A DNA stretch of 63,967 bases, counting the filler, from Intoshia linei (Eukaryota > Animalia > Orthonectida), in assembly GCA_001642005.1 (NCBI GenBank). It is 8 parts of 8 records of this genome, joined end to end, with 100 filler letters (N's around TTAATTAATTAA, not from the genome) between each part and the next. Parts side by side here need not be neighbours in the genome. Positions count along the whole stretch, not along the records: positions 46,350 to 55,319 come from LWCA01001403.1; positions 55,420 to 58,047 come from LWCA01002263.1; positions 58,148 to 60,518 come from LWCA01002323.1; positions 60,619 to 62,823 come from LWCA01002370.1; 4 more parts are not named here. The stretch is one strand, 5' to 3'. The notes under the pieces were generated by a model, which searched no databases, was not told the DNA's origin, and saw only the letters and a program-made list of their open reading frames with translations. The position numbers and the translations under genes were made by a program. Below, in pieces: positions 49,801-62,922 of this stretch. Position 1 is the first letter of the stretch. Every line of letters starts with the position of its first letter.

Positions 49801-52323
49801 GTGCCCTCGGCAGAGCTAGGTCCTGTTTGTACATAACAGTCAACCTAGTATTATATAAGTAAGGATTTAGTTAAAAATTTGTCTGTTTATTTATTTGTTT
49901 GTTCCAGTTTATCTAAGAAAGTAAGAAGAGTCGAGTTTTAAAAATTCCATATTGTTATTAAAATTTTTCGAGGGTGATGTTTTATCTCCAATTTCATTTG
50001 CAGAAATTGAGTCCTGCAAGGTCAAAAACAGCAATTATCCTTTTTTTAAAATTCAAACGAGTCCTATAATTATAAAAATACACAATCTAATAAAGATTTT
50101 AAATCATCAACATTTTGATAAATTTCAACTTCAAAATCTTATATCTTTACGATCAAAACCACAAATTAACCTTTTTTGTAGAAATGAAAAAAGGCATAGT
50201 ATATATGTTGTATTTGATACAACATAATTGTGAGATAGGTTTTAAAATAATCAACATTATCATATATCGCAAACCCAAAAAAGCTCATTTTCACAATCTA
50301 TACCCCAGATTACCCTTTATTTAAAAAATTATATAATTTTTTTTAATCTCACCGTGCTTTAGCGGAAATTCCATTTTAACGAAATTTTAAATTATTTTTT
50401 TTTCTTAACGAATTTGTATGAACCAAATATTCCGTTAATAAATATGTTATCTCTGATGCTCTAGAATCCATTTTTAATCATTATCATAAATATAAACTAA
50501 TTTTTTTACTAATTAAAAGTCACTTTGTTACATTTTTTATCAAATTTTTAATAGATATTAAATAAATGGCGTTAATTAGAAATAATTACTATCATTGTGA
50601 AAATATCATTTTTAACTTTATTTAATATCTTTAAATAATTGAAAATTGATAAATTTTTTATGGACTCCAAAAAACTGATGTGGACACCTTGATAAAGTTT
50701 TGTGTATATTAATTCGTCTTGTATTATTCAAAAACTTATAATAACAAGAAATATGACCATTTAATGGTTTTTATTTACAAAAATTAAATTCCGTTATCAA
50801 GGGTGTTAATATGGGAAAAATTCTATATTAACGATTTCAATTTCAATTGCGTTAATAAGGATTTAGACTGTATAATAAAATTGAAAGCAGTTACTAAATC
50901 AATTTAAACCCTTTATGAAATTACTGCAAGTATTAAAAATATTATTTTTACTGGGATTCATATTATTTATTTATTTTGACCATTTTGTTAGATTAGTAAC
51001 TATAATTTAATATCATACACTGATTGTCTATAATAAATTCAAAAATTCAAATGTCTGTATAGACTGACTTAATGGTTCCATTTAATTGAAAGTTCAATAA
51101 TTAAAAATAGTAGAGATTTCAGGGAAGCCTGGTAGATTATACTATTATTTTTTTGTATTTTGATTAAATTTTCTAAAAGTACGCGTTCCATGCTATCATT
51201 CTTTAGTGTCATTTCGGAAGCTTCAATAAATTTGTAAAATACATTTTTCAAATCCTTAACAGAAATTAACTCCTGAGGTTGAAATAGAGAACTTGTGGCA
51301 CGATGATTAAACATGGCTATTATGATGTCTCCAATAGCTAATAAAAGTATAAATATAAAATTAGTACAGTACTTTGAACGGTCTCAATAATGAAAACTTT
51401 TTTGTAGATTCGATTTCATTGTTTATTTAATTGATAAGTTATCAATTATAATATATATTATGTATATATCCTTATTTATATTGAATAATTTACTTAATGT
51501 TCGTTAAAAATGTATATCTATTTGTCTCTTTGTCTGTTTCAATTTGTTTAAGAAAGTAAGTGGAGTCAAGTTTTAAAAATTCCATATATCTATCACAGTT
51601 TTTTTAAAGGGTGATGTTTAATCAAAAATTTAATTTTTAGAAATTGAGTCATTCAAGGTCAAACCCAATTCACTTTTTTAAAAAATGAAAAATGTCCTAG
51701 ATTTTTATACAACATAAATGGTGGATAGTTTTTAGAATCATAAACATTATCATAAAACGAAAATTCAAAAAAGTTAATTTTCACGACAGATTTAGATTTT
51801 TCGATCAAAACCACAGATTACCCTTTTTTTAAAAAATAAAATAATCCTATATTTTAAAAAAACTTACAGTTTATACAGTTATATCCAGTTAACAATCCCA
51901 ATAAGTTTCACTCTGACAAAGCGACGCCTTCACGGTCAAAAAAGCACTTTATTATTAATTTTCGAAACTATTTTATTAAAACAAAAAAATTTGAAATGAT
52001 TAACGGTCTACAATTAAATAAAGTGATTATTCTGATTAATTAATTAATGTTTAATCCTGAGCTTATTCTATTTTCATTTACACATTTTCAAAAAGTAGAA
52101 ATTATTAAAAAAATTAAAATTCAGCAATTTTTCATTTAGAAATGTTACCCTACGCTAGTGGTGGATACTTAAGAAAACAAAAATGAAAATTAATTTAAAT
52201 CTGTAACTTACTTGTATTCGCAATATCGTGACTTAAACTATCGTCGTGTAAGCGTTCATCCAAAACATATAACATTTCAGTTCCCATATTGCAAACTAAT
52301 AATGGTAATAATCTACTGGCCAT
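46811..52323 (-). CDS. OSCP1: OSCP1 (organic solute carrier partner 1), 3' partial at the gap
   Basis: MASRLLPLLVCNMGTEMLYVLDERL...DIIIAMFN...LFQPQEL...ASEMTLKNDSMER|LYDIMIMSFKQQ...SSGEWIRIRQTLL. Confidence 0.9.
47638..48120. mobile_element. hAT MITE
   Basis: CAGTGGTTCCCAAA ... TTTGGGAACCACTG, flanked by TACTATAC / TACTGTAC. Confidence 0.85.
49177..49682. mobile_element. 506-bp non-autonomous element with 9-bp TSD (Mutator-like) and subterminal ~17-bp tandem repeats
   Basis: GATGGTTCC is duplicated at 49168-49176 and 49683-49691. The empty site is visible in the sibling repeat at ~16458. There are 6 copies of AAA(C/T)GG(C/T)ACA at the left end and an inverted copy at the right end. Confidence 0.75.
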
Positions 52324-52899
52324 TTTATATGGTGAAATTTATATTGTTTTTATTTGCATATCAACACGCAAATAATTTAGTGTTGTACTGATTTTCGTTT
52401 TTATCGTAATTTTAGCTTTAATTTGTGTAACCAGCTTGACTGTTATGTACTTTGTACAAACAGTACCTAGCTCTGCTGACGGTAAAGTTTTCAATTTTAT
52501 CAAAAAAATAAATTAAATCATAACATTGTCGGTTAAAATGCGTATCGAGGCTTACCTAATAAATCCATACAATTAAGGTATGATTAGAATAGATAATTCT
52601 CAACATTTACAATATTTCCAGACATAAATACATTACAGTCTGAGTGCTCATTAACGGAATTGAAAATTTTACCATTTTTACGATTCCAATTCTTTACAAC
52701 TTTTTCAAAATAAAATAAAAATGAATTGCCAAAAACAGGAGCTTTTTTAACTTTTAATTAATTAAATATAGATTATCGCTCAATAAAATAAATCAATCAA
52801 ATTTTCCAAATGATGGTTTACTTGTAAAATAATATTTGTCGGCGCCTCCTTTTTCAATTGAAAGTTTAATAGATTTCCGGGTTGGAGGTTTTATCTGTT

Positions 52900-54014
52900 C
52901 TCCAAAACCAAATATACGATGAGTATCATTATGACGATGGGACACCTTCGTAGTTATAATAGCGTTTGCCTCTCGTACACTATCAAAAGCAAAGCAACAC
53001 AATTCAGCATCTGAAAAAGAGGCATTAGCAATCGTGGTATGCATATTAAAGTGGCAGCCTTATGTATTATGTAGGAAATTTATATTACGCACTGATCATA
53101 AAAAAATTAATTACTCTATTAAATTCTTATAAAAATGGCCACACTGCTGCTTGAATTGCACGTTGGTGTATTCTTATTCGACTATATCAATATTCACTGG
53201 AATATATCGCCGGTACTCAGAATATCATAGCTGATACATTATCGAGATTACTTTCATATGATGCAGAATTAGATAACAACGAAATATTATATGTACAACG
53301 ACATTGTATAGAAAATCACGAAGCAAGAACACATCTTGATACGATTCGAACATTGCCACATACAGATCCAGAAATTACAAATGTGGTGAATTCTCTCAAT
53401 AACTCTCATCTTGTTGGAGTTTTATACAGAGGTGAAAATCAAGTAGTAGTTCCAAAAGACTTTCGATTGAAAATTGTAGAAATAGCTTCCAAATGGCATG
53501 CAGTAATTGAATCCTGTAAAAGGTAAATCAAAATGTATTATTGGTTTCTGGAATGAACGCAGTAGTGGAAGATTATGTAAAATGCTGTATATATTGTCAA
53601 TCAAGTGATAAAAAGATTAAATTGCAAGAGTCATCAATACATCCTATTGAATTACCTGAATCGAGATGGAACGTACTTGGAGTTGTTTTTATTGGACCGT
53701 CGGAATTTTCAAATATTGAAGAAAAGCACGCCATCGTGGTAGATCTATTTTCTAAGTGGCCGGAAGTTAAATTCATCAAAGCTCAAACAAGCGAAAATGC
53801 AATTAAATTTTTACGTGAAATCTTCGCTCGTGAAGGACTTCCACACAATTTAATAACGGATAACGGTGTTCAATTCACATCAAGTGAATTTGAAATTTTC
53901 TTAAAAAAATTACAAATAAAACATGCTAGAACAGCAAACTATCACCCGCAATCTAATGGCCAAACTGAGCGATTTAACAAGACACTGAAACAAAGATTAA
54001 AAATCGCTGTAAAG
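52900..54014 (+). mobile_element. Ty3/Gypsy RNase H-integrase remnant, truncated by a hAT insertion
   Basis: IAFASRTLS...EKEALAIV...LRTDHK, NIIADTLSR, VDLFSKWPEV, LITDNGVQFTS, YHPQSNGQTERFNKTLK. Confidence 0.92.
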
Positions 54015-55319
54015 CAGTGGTTCTTAAACTTTTTTGACCTATGCATCCCTGATTAAAAATCAATTATACACTATTAATTATAAATGAAGTGTTAACTAGT
54101 TACTTAAATTAAACGGAAAAAATTTTTAAAAATGGACCTCTATACATTAATTAATCGAACGTTCATTATCTAAAAATTAAAAATAACCATTGGAAATCGC
54201 ATTAATTATCGAAATTATGATATAATTAAGAAATTTTTCATCAATACCTATTAATAAATTAAAAAAAGTAGGCCCTCATGATTGTAGACACGGGAAATAT
54301 GACCCTCTCCACGACCCTGTCTGTACTTACTTCAAACCTTTATAAAAATGAAAACTTGTCAACTATCATATCAACTAAAAGCTTTGTAAGTACAATTGTA
54401 TGTTGTACTACTGCAATATTCAGTAGATACATTAGCTATTTTCCATTGAAAAATATCGGAAAAAGTAGTAGCCCTGGTCATACCACCAAATTCATTAATT
54501 AAAAGTAGTCTATTCAAATATTATTAAAGACTCAGAAAATAGACGAATTAAATAGTTTAAAAACTTTTACATAACAATTGAACAAATTTATTTACATACA
54601 TTTTAATGGGATCGTTAATGTTGTTTGAAATGAAAAGTAAGCTAAATCTTCGCATTATTTTTGATAAGCTCATATCATATTGGCACGGACATCTAATTTA
54701 TATATTTTTTTTTTTAATTTGTTAGAATAGAAAATTCAGCTTCACAAAACTATGTTGTGAAAAAAGTAATAATTACTTCAAGAGCAATTTCAGTCACCAA
54801 TGGATAGATATTAAGCATACTACACTAAAAACCACCAAATATCACATTTAAAGCTATCATAGTCATATATAATATATTTCCCAAAGGGCCACTAGAAAAA
54901 TCAAGGGATCATAAAAATCAAATCAAAAATCAAGAAAATTTCTATTTGGGGCCAAAGTAAATTATACATTGTAAGGCCCATAAAAAATTTTATATATAAT
55001 TTATTTCGAATACATCAATTCTTTTGTAGTTTTATTTAATGACTCACAAAACAGATATTCTTCCTTAATGTTATTATTCACAACATATCTTGCAAATACA
55101 TCAGTAATTTCATCCAATTGTAAACTAAATTTTACTAGGCTTTTTCGAAGTTCATCTATAACTTGAAGTTCAATAACTTCGGCTAAATTATTAATCCTTT
55201 TACGAAGGAATTGATTTAAGTGCCCCTTTTTGTTTATCGCCAAGTAGAAGTTCAGCAATGTTAACAGTACAGGGTTTGATCAACGTTTCCGATGGTATGA
55301 TGCTTTTTTTGTTTAGAAA
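54015..55319 (-). mobile_element. Second copy of the Buster hAT element at 4802-6814, running into a gap
   Basis: Same TIR, preceded by CTGTAAAG (nnnTAnnn). Collinear with 4802-6210. Transposase fragment FSLQLDEITD...IKEEYLFC. Confidence 0.9.
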
Positions 55320-55546
55320 NNNNNNNNNNNNNNNNNNNNNNNNNNNNNNNNNNNNNNNNNNNNTTAATTAATTAANNNNNNNNNNNNNNNNNNNNNNNNN
55401 NNNNNNNNNNNNNNNNNNNGTTTACTATAGATGAAGATGGGATTAATTAAATAAATTACAAAATTTTATGTAAATTAGCAAATTAATAATAATATATTAT
55501 TTATTTAAGGGTTACATTTTTAATACAAGAAATGACCACGTATGGT

Positions 55547-57625
55547 TTATTCTTTTGTTTCTGGTATATCTTCATTATTATTTGTTTTACCTAGATTTTC
55601 AATTTCAGCATTAGGTTCTTCTGTTGGAATGTCAGTAGTTTTTTCAATATTATCAGTTGATGTTTCATTTTTAATTTCTGTTATATTTTCATCAGGATTA
55701 TCTTGATTGTCAGTTTTATCTAAACTTTCTATAATAGTTTCATCGAAATTTTCCTTGTCATTTTCAGTGGTTTCGTTATTCGTTTCTTTAACGTTTAGTT
55801 CTTTTTCTGTTACTGGTATTTCAGTTTTTTCATAATTTGGTGGTAATTCTTCTGTGGTAGCCTCATGTTCATTTTCTCTTTCATCTACATTCGTTTTAAT
55901 ATCTTCATTTTCTTCTTCAGTTTTTTCAGTTAAATATGTATCATCATTCTTTGTATCAATCTCAACGTCCTTTTCAGCAGTTTCAAAATCTTCCAATTCT
56001 TTGTTTTCTATTGTTTCAAGGTTTTCTTTAGAATCTTCAACGTTTTCAATAGATTTTTCTTTTTTTTGTGCATTTGATATTTCAGTCTTTTCCACTGATT
56101 CAGTAATTTCATTAGCATTACCGGTTTCTTCAGATTCAACATTTTCATTGACCTCGGTCACTTCGTTTTCTGATTCAATTTCTTTTAAAGCATCTTCGTA
56201 AGTTTTACCTGCCTCATCTGCTTTAACTTCATTGGGTTGAACAACTTTTAATTCTAATGGTTCAATAACTTCTTTAGTGTCTGTTTTTAATTTTTCTATA
56301 TTTTCATCATCTTTTTTTTCAATTATTTCAGGACTTTCTTCTTCAATATTTGTAACATTTTCATCAGCTGAACTTTTTTCTTCTGTTTTGGTAATCTCTA
56401 CAAAATTATCTTGAATTTCTTTACTTTCTTTTTCTATTGGAGTATCATTTACTGTAACATTTTTACTATCTTCTTTTTCTTTTGGCTCCGTTACCTCTTT
56501 AGTAAGTTCAGAATTATTTGTAATTTCTTTTGATTTATCTTGTTGTTTATCAGGTGCACTATTCTCGACAATATTAGTAGTCGGTTCAATTTCTTTATGT
56601 TTTATTGGTTCCTTTATTTTATCGCTAGAAACTTGTGATATTTCAGTCGTTTCTTTCTCTATCATTTTTTCTTCTATTTTCGCATCTCCTTCTTCAGCTT
56701 TAACATCATCTTTATCAGCAAATTTGTTGATGTGCTTGGATTTATCGGACCTAACTTTCATACCTTTAAACCCTGCCTGTATTTTTATCGCGGCTTCATC
56801 TTCTGTCATACTAGGTCGTTTTTCTTGTGAAATTTCTTTATTGATATTTTCTTCGCTTTTAGTTTCAATTTCCTTGTTTTCGTCATCACTAATTTTCTCT
56901 AATGTTTCTTTTTCATCAGTTTTCACTTCAACGTCGTTTGGTTCATCTTGTGATGTATTTTCTAATAGATTTTTTTTTTTTTCCTTCACTTCTTTACGTG
57001 CTTTCATTCCTCTGAAACTAGATTGTATTTTTATTGCAGCTTCATTTTCATCCATTTCAGATTTTTGATTTGATTTATCTTCATCATCCTCAACCTTGTC
57101 AATATTTTCAAATTTTTTAGATTCTTCTAAATCCTCTTTTTTTGTTGAATCATCACTTTTAAGAGTTTCAGTTTCAGTTTCATTCAGTTTGTTTTTTTTG
57201 ATATTGTCCACTTTTGTTTTTGCTTTATAGTTTTCATCATTGGTTTGAATATCAATTGCAGTCTCTTTTTCAATATTATCATTTTTATCTTCAGACGATG
57301 TCGACACTTGTTCATTTTCCGATTTGGAGTTTTTTTTATATTTTACTTTCATATTCAAATTGTTGTAAAAGTTGTCTTCCTTTTTTGCAGCTTCAATGCA
57401 ATAGTCGACACCTGTTTCGTCTCTATATTTAATTAAATTTTCAAAATATACTGCTGAAAAAGCTATAACGTCTTTTGGTTGTTCTCTCAGAACCTATTTA
57501 AATTAGAAATAATCAAAACATTTTAAAAACGTTAAAAAATATTATACCTCGCGTGATAATCCTTCCAATAAACTTCTAAATCCCATTGGGACACGGAGTG
57601 TCGTGTTTGAAAACGGTACAGACAT
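55547..57625 (-). CDS. SPA17: Sperm surface protein Sp17-like, ~674 aa (RIIa D/D domain, 2 IQ motifs, long acidic tail); exons 57548-57625 and 55547-57493
   Basis: MSVPFSNTTLRVPMGFRSLLEGLSRE|VLREQPKDVIAFSAVYFENL...EDNFYNN. IQ motifs AAIKIQSSFRGMKARK and AAIKIQAGFKGMKVR. Confidence 0.9.
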
Positions 57626-58147
57626 TGAAAAGTATTAATAATAGAAACAAATGTAAATGTTGTTTATTGTTGCGTGGTTTACTTAATTGAGGATTTTGTA
57701 CACAAAAGTAAACTTAATAATTATAATCAACAAAAATTTAAGTCATTCTACTTTTTTATTTTTTTATTTGCTTTTATATTTGATTTTGGTAAACCAGTTG
57801 TGTATTTAGGAAAATCACAATATATACCCTAAATAAATGGAGTTTAAAAACAAATTTTAACCGATTTTCTAAGATTCAAATTAATTTCAGACCAAATTTA
57901 TACTTAAAATTTTTTCAAAATAAAATTAAAATTCAAGGTCAAAACCAGGATTTATTTAAGTGTGTAGTTGTAAACGTAAAATGAGTAATTGCAAATTTGA
58001 TTTATGTTTGTTATTACTATGAAAATATGATTATATTATAATATTTANNNNNNNNNNNNNNNNNNNNNNNNNNNNNNNNNNNNNNNNNNNNTTAATTAAT
58101 TAANNNNNNNNNNNNNNNNNNNNNNNNNNNNNNNNNNNNNNNNNNNN

Positions 58148-59144
58148 GTTAAAAATTAATTATTAATTAATTTTTTTTTAAATGAGTGAAATTGCATAAT
58201 TGATATTATATTTATCAACAAAAAAATTAGATATAAAACATAATTTCATTTTGTTAATACTTATTAAGTTAAATTAATAATTAACGCTCATTGAATTTAT
58301 TTACAATCATTAATAAATAATCAAATTAATTTTGTATGTTCAAATTTTTTAAGGTATACAAATTATGTATTTTAATACATAAATTATCATAAACTTGTTA
58401 ATTTTTTTTAAGGATGTCTAAAAGAAGATAATGAAATAAAAATTATGTAGAGTTTGGTTTTACCTGTCGTAATGATGCAGATGAAACCGAAAAACCTCAG
58501 TACATTTACTTTTCGGGGTTTTATGCAATAATAGCATAAAGCCAAACTTCCTACGTAATCATGAGAATATAAAACATTGAAACCTCATTGACAGTGTTGA
58601 CGTTATCTCTCGAAAAAGAAGACGTTTCGATATAGGTTGAATAGTTGACAATTTATCATTTCTTCTCAATGTAACAAAATTTTAGAGGCATAATATCGTG
58701 TTGCTTACATGTTTTCTAAACAAAAAAAGCATTATAGGTCATGGAAAGGGATATATGTATCGTGTCTACAATCATGAGGGCCTACTTTTTTAATTTATTA
58801 GTAGGTATTGATGAAAAATTTACTAAGTATATCAATGCGATTTCCAATGGTTATTTTTAATTTTTAGATAATGAACGTTCGATTAATTAATGTATAGAGG
58901 TCCATTTTTAAAAATTTTTTTATAGGGCCTATACTTTCCATCGAGCCCGGGCCTACTGCTGGCTCTCCACGACGATTATTATGACCAAATAAGCTTTAAT
59001 TCTTAAATTGTATCGTTTAATTTAAGTAACTAGTTAATACTTTATTTATAATTAATATTGTATTAATTGATTTTTAATCAGGGGTGCACAGTCATTAAGA
59101 TCAATATTTGGGGTGCATAGGTCAAAAAAGGTTAAGAACCACTG
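58148..59144 (+). mobile_element. Third, inverted and internally deleted copy of the Buster hAT element
   Basis: Reverse complement of ~6190-6725 joined to ~4802-5210. TIR ends at 59144, followed by GGTTAAGG. Confidence 0.88.
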
Positions 59145-59672
59145 GGTTAAGGGTTGGTAAAATTTTGGTTTTTTCTTATAATATTATATTAAATTGAATG
59201 ATTTAAAGAAATATGTTGAAAATTGTAGCTTTGCTTACAATCACCTAAATTTTCGTATTCACCCCCATGAGAAGCACTGCATTAATCCTACTATTGCTAT
59301 TTATTCCGATTCAGATAAATGACAAATATGGTGTTAATTTATATGAGTAAATTAAGGATTAATTTTAATTTAAAATTATTAATTAAAACTTGCTGATATT
59401 AAAATTTAAAGAAAGCTTTCAATGAGAAAAGTAGCATTTTGGCTGAATTGGTGGAAATGTTGTGCACCCCCGATATAGACTGATAGATTAATATTTAATA
59501 CTTTTATTATAATGCATCTACAGTAACGTATATTAAATTAGAAAAATGTAAGAACTTAGAAGTAGCGTTTTCATACCGGTTTACTGGTTTCCGGTAAATT
59601 TAACACTATTCTGAAGTAACGATGTAAAAACAGAATCCCCATTTGTAAAATAGGGTTGTTTATTTTATTTTA

Positions 59673-59819
59673 GAATATAGTGACCATGGAGATATTTTGA
59701 CTGGTGTGATTCGATTGTTGTCCAAAATTTGTGTTAGATCAGATATTTGTAAAAAAGTTTCTAACGTTGTTGAACCAGAATCGATATTGTTTATATCTCA
59801 GAAAAATTTGGAAAATGAG
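59673..59819 (+). other. Isolated exon-like segment with armadillo-repeat (ARMC6-like) character
   Basis: AG..GT-bounded open frame YSDHGDILTGVIRLLSKICVRSDICKKVSNV. I found no flanking exons. Confidence 0.3.
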
Positions 59820-61077
59820 GTTTATTTATATTAATATGTATTAATTAAGTTGACATTTTAAGTCTTGTTTGGTGTATGATATTGTGTGCTTGGTATTATT
59901 TGAAAATTATTATTATTTTTATATTTTGCATCTAATGTATATTCAATGCATATTATGCAGTAGATAACGCACATAGTTTCAAGTCAATTATAGACTAGGT
60001 TCTAGTGACTAGGGCAATGCTTTTCAGTTGCGTGTAAAAAAATGTTTTGCTATATTCTTTTCTAGTTGTGTGTTACTTTTAAATCATAAATAATTTTAGG
60101 TATGTATACTATTGTATATCTATTATTACACACTTTTGAGTAAATTCTTCCACATCATATTAAAAATTCCAAATAAGCTTTTTACCAGCATGCCATGCAG
60201 AATCCCTGTGCGTGTCGTATTTTTAACATCACTGCAATAGGGTATCCTTTGTTTTATTATAATTACTCATTTTACACGTGAATGCCTTTATTGATTTTAA
60301 GCATTTACCCAAAAAAAAATAAAATCAGTTAGTATTTACCCCCTTCAAATGTAATTATTGAATTTCATACAAAAATGTTGAGATTAATTTAAAATATAAT
60401 CCTAACTTATATAATATGCTACGTGATTTTTGTTTGTGTGTCTGTGAGTGTGTGACTTTATTGAAATAACTACTACTCTTAGAATTTTTTAAAGACCACA
60501 TTTCAATTACAGTTTTTTNNNNNNNNNNNNNNNNNNNNNNNNNNNNNNNNNNNNNNNNNNNNTTAATTAATTAANNNNNNNNNNNNNNNNNNNNNNNNNN
60601 NNNNNNNNNNNNNNNNNNCATTTAAAATAAAAAAAATAGCACTATCAACGCAACTTATTGACTTAAAAACTAATTTCTAGCATTTATAATTTCGTGCAAA
60701 ATTACAGGCTCACAATTGTATAAATTTAATAAAATTAGCATTATCATCAAATTTTTAGTTCTATAAAATGTCGACTCTAATTATAAGGAACTGCAGCATA
60801 CTATCTCACAAAATTGATTAGTATATTAAATTTCAGTGTCATTTGATTCTATTACACAGTACAAAAGTTAAAAAAAGTGATTAATCAAATCTATATAATT
60901 ATGCTCTCATAATGATAATATAATGATTGATAAAATATTAATAGATAATTAGATCCGTAATAATAACGTTTACGAGATATAGGCCAAATACAATTAATTA
61001 ATCACAATTGAGTTGCTAATTTGATGAAATAAGTTTAAATTAAGTGCATTGCAACTGTCAATCAAAAAATTCAAATA

Positions 61078-61310
61078 CAGTCAATTCTGTTCTATTATAT
61101 ATATGATATATATTATAATATATGAACATCCTAGAATATGAACTCTCAGCTCAATATGAAAACGACAATTTTGTTTGAACTAACATTGATTGGACATTTC
61201 GAAACTTTTAATTATATTATTATCGCCATTCATATATGTTCATATTACAGTATAGTATGAACATGACCAAAGTCTGGTCCCCTCATGTTCATATAGCACA
61301 GAATTGACTG
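61078..61310. mobile_element. Tc1/pogo-type MITE
   Basis: TA|CAGTCAATTCTG ... CAGAATTGACTG|TA, with internal ATATGAAC repeats. Confidence 0.88.
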
Positions 61311-61344
61311 TAAATTTTGTTTACTTTTCGGATCTTTTTTATTC

Positions 61345-61707
61345 AAGACAAAGAAAAAATATTTTATTAATGATACAAACAAATGTGGCGAATTTTATGA
61401 TCGAATACCAGATGGAAAATGGATTGATAAATATATTTGCAATTTTTGTTATAGGAATTTGATAAAAAGTAAAAAATATTTCAATACTCCCAGAATATGG
61501 ACTGTACCAAATTGTAAAGGCGATTGTTATTATTGCTACGCATATGAAAATAGTAATTTAAAAAAGATGAACAACTGGAAGATTTACCCTACATTGCCAT
61601 CATCAACAATCCCATATATTAATGAATCTAAAGAAAAAGCGAGAAAAGATTTCAAAAAAATGGTCAGAGGCCCACCGCTTATTAAAGTCAATATTGTCTT
61701 GATTTAA
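61345..61707 (+). other. Cys-rich zinc-binding fragment resembling the N-terminus of a DNA-transposon protein family
   Basis: KWIDKYICNFCYRNL...FNTPRIWTVPNCKGDCYYC...KIYPTLPS resembles the WAPHxxCxxC...P(M)xWREP..DCYFC...YPxLPS pattern I recall from invertebrate TE-derived ORFs. Confidence 0.45.
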
Positions 61708-62204
61708 TGACTATATTATTGAAATATATATCCAAAATAATATTTGAATTAATTAATAATTGTAGATTTTTAAAAATGTAATCGACTTTGTTAAATACAC
61801 AATAAAAATAATTAGAATCAAATTTTTAAAATGTATATTTAAATGATTTCAAATGCTCCATCAAATTAATTTACGGTTGATGATTTTTTTGTTAAAGTGC
61901 CAAAACATGTTAACTTATGTTTCGATTACAGTAAATTGACATTAAATTTTATTTAAATCGTTTTTCCACAAATATAATTCTTTCGTCTAAAATGTAGAAT
62001 TAAATTTTTTATATGAATAATAAAAGAGGCATTTCCGCACTAGACCACACATACCGTGTCCAAAATAAAATATAACTTTTATAAGAACTAGGAATTGGAA
62101 TTAATTGATTACATAAAAAAATTTAAATGTATCAGTTCATGCAATAATTCGTCGTAAATTTTAATTTTTTCAATTAACTGAAAAAACTAATTAATTGAAA
62201 AATA

Positions 62205-62823
62205 CAGTGCCGGTCAAAAGTCTTGGACCCCCCAACAGAATTATAGATTTTGCTGAATAGCACAAAAACTAGTAAATCGTTTTTAGAAATTTAAAAACCA
62301 TTATGTAAACAAATAAATATTCTATTGAAAAATATATCACTATTTTCACGGTTACTTTCAATATTTATCTAGTTATATTATAAAGTTAATATTCAAATAT
62401 ATCATCGGTCAAAAGTCTTGAACCCCTTAACAATTTTTATAAAAATAAGAATAAATACAATTGTAAATCACAAGGTTTTTTAGTTTAAATGTACATATTC
62501 TGATTTTTTAATGTTATTCATTATAAATTGTATTTTATTTTAAACATTAGACATCATGACTAGGATATCATTAACAATTAGAAAGAAAATAGTTCAGCTT
62601 CACAAAGGAGGGATTTCCAAACACAAAATTGCTAGATATCTTAAAATTTTAATGCATTCTGTTATCGAAATAATAAAAAAATACAATAGTATACAATATG
62701 TTGAAGATAAGCCAAGATCGGGCCGTCCTGCTATACTATCTATAAGAGATGAACGTCTTTTGTGAAATAAGTCTCGAAAGTTTCCTAGTAAAACTGCTTC
62801 TAATGTGAAAAGAGATTCATTGG
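62205..62823 (+). mobile_element. Tc1-like transposon left end (IR/DR type) with a disrupted transposase N-terminus
   Basis: TA|CAGTGCCGGTCAAAAGTCTTGGACCCC, with the inner direct repeat at ~62406. HTH ORF 62556 has PRSGRP and a premature TGA at 62763. Confidence 0.88.
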
Positions 62824-62922
62824 NNNNNNNNNNNNNNNNNNNNNNNNNNNNNNNNNNNNNNNNNNNNTTAATTAATTAANNNNNNNNNNNNNNNNNNNNN
62901 NNNNNNNNNNNNNNNNNNNNNN

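Noticed and set aside
55854-57436. Plus-strand Ser/Phe-rich ORFs
   Set aside because: Antisense shadows of the Glu/Lys-rich SPA17 exon. The same applies to 1983-2195, 3128-3451, 21270-21695, 31486-31707 and 52793-53044 opposite other coding segments.
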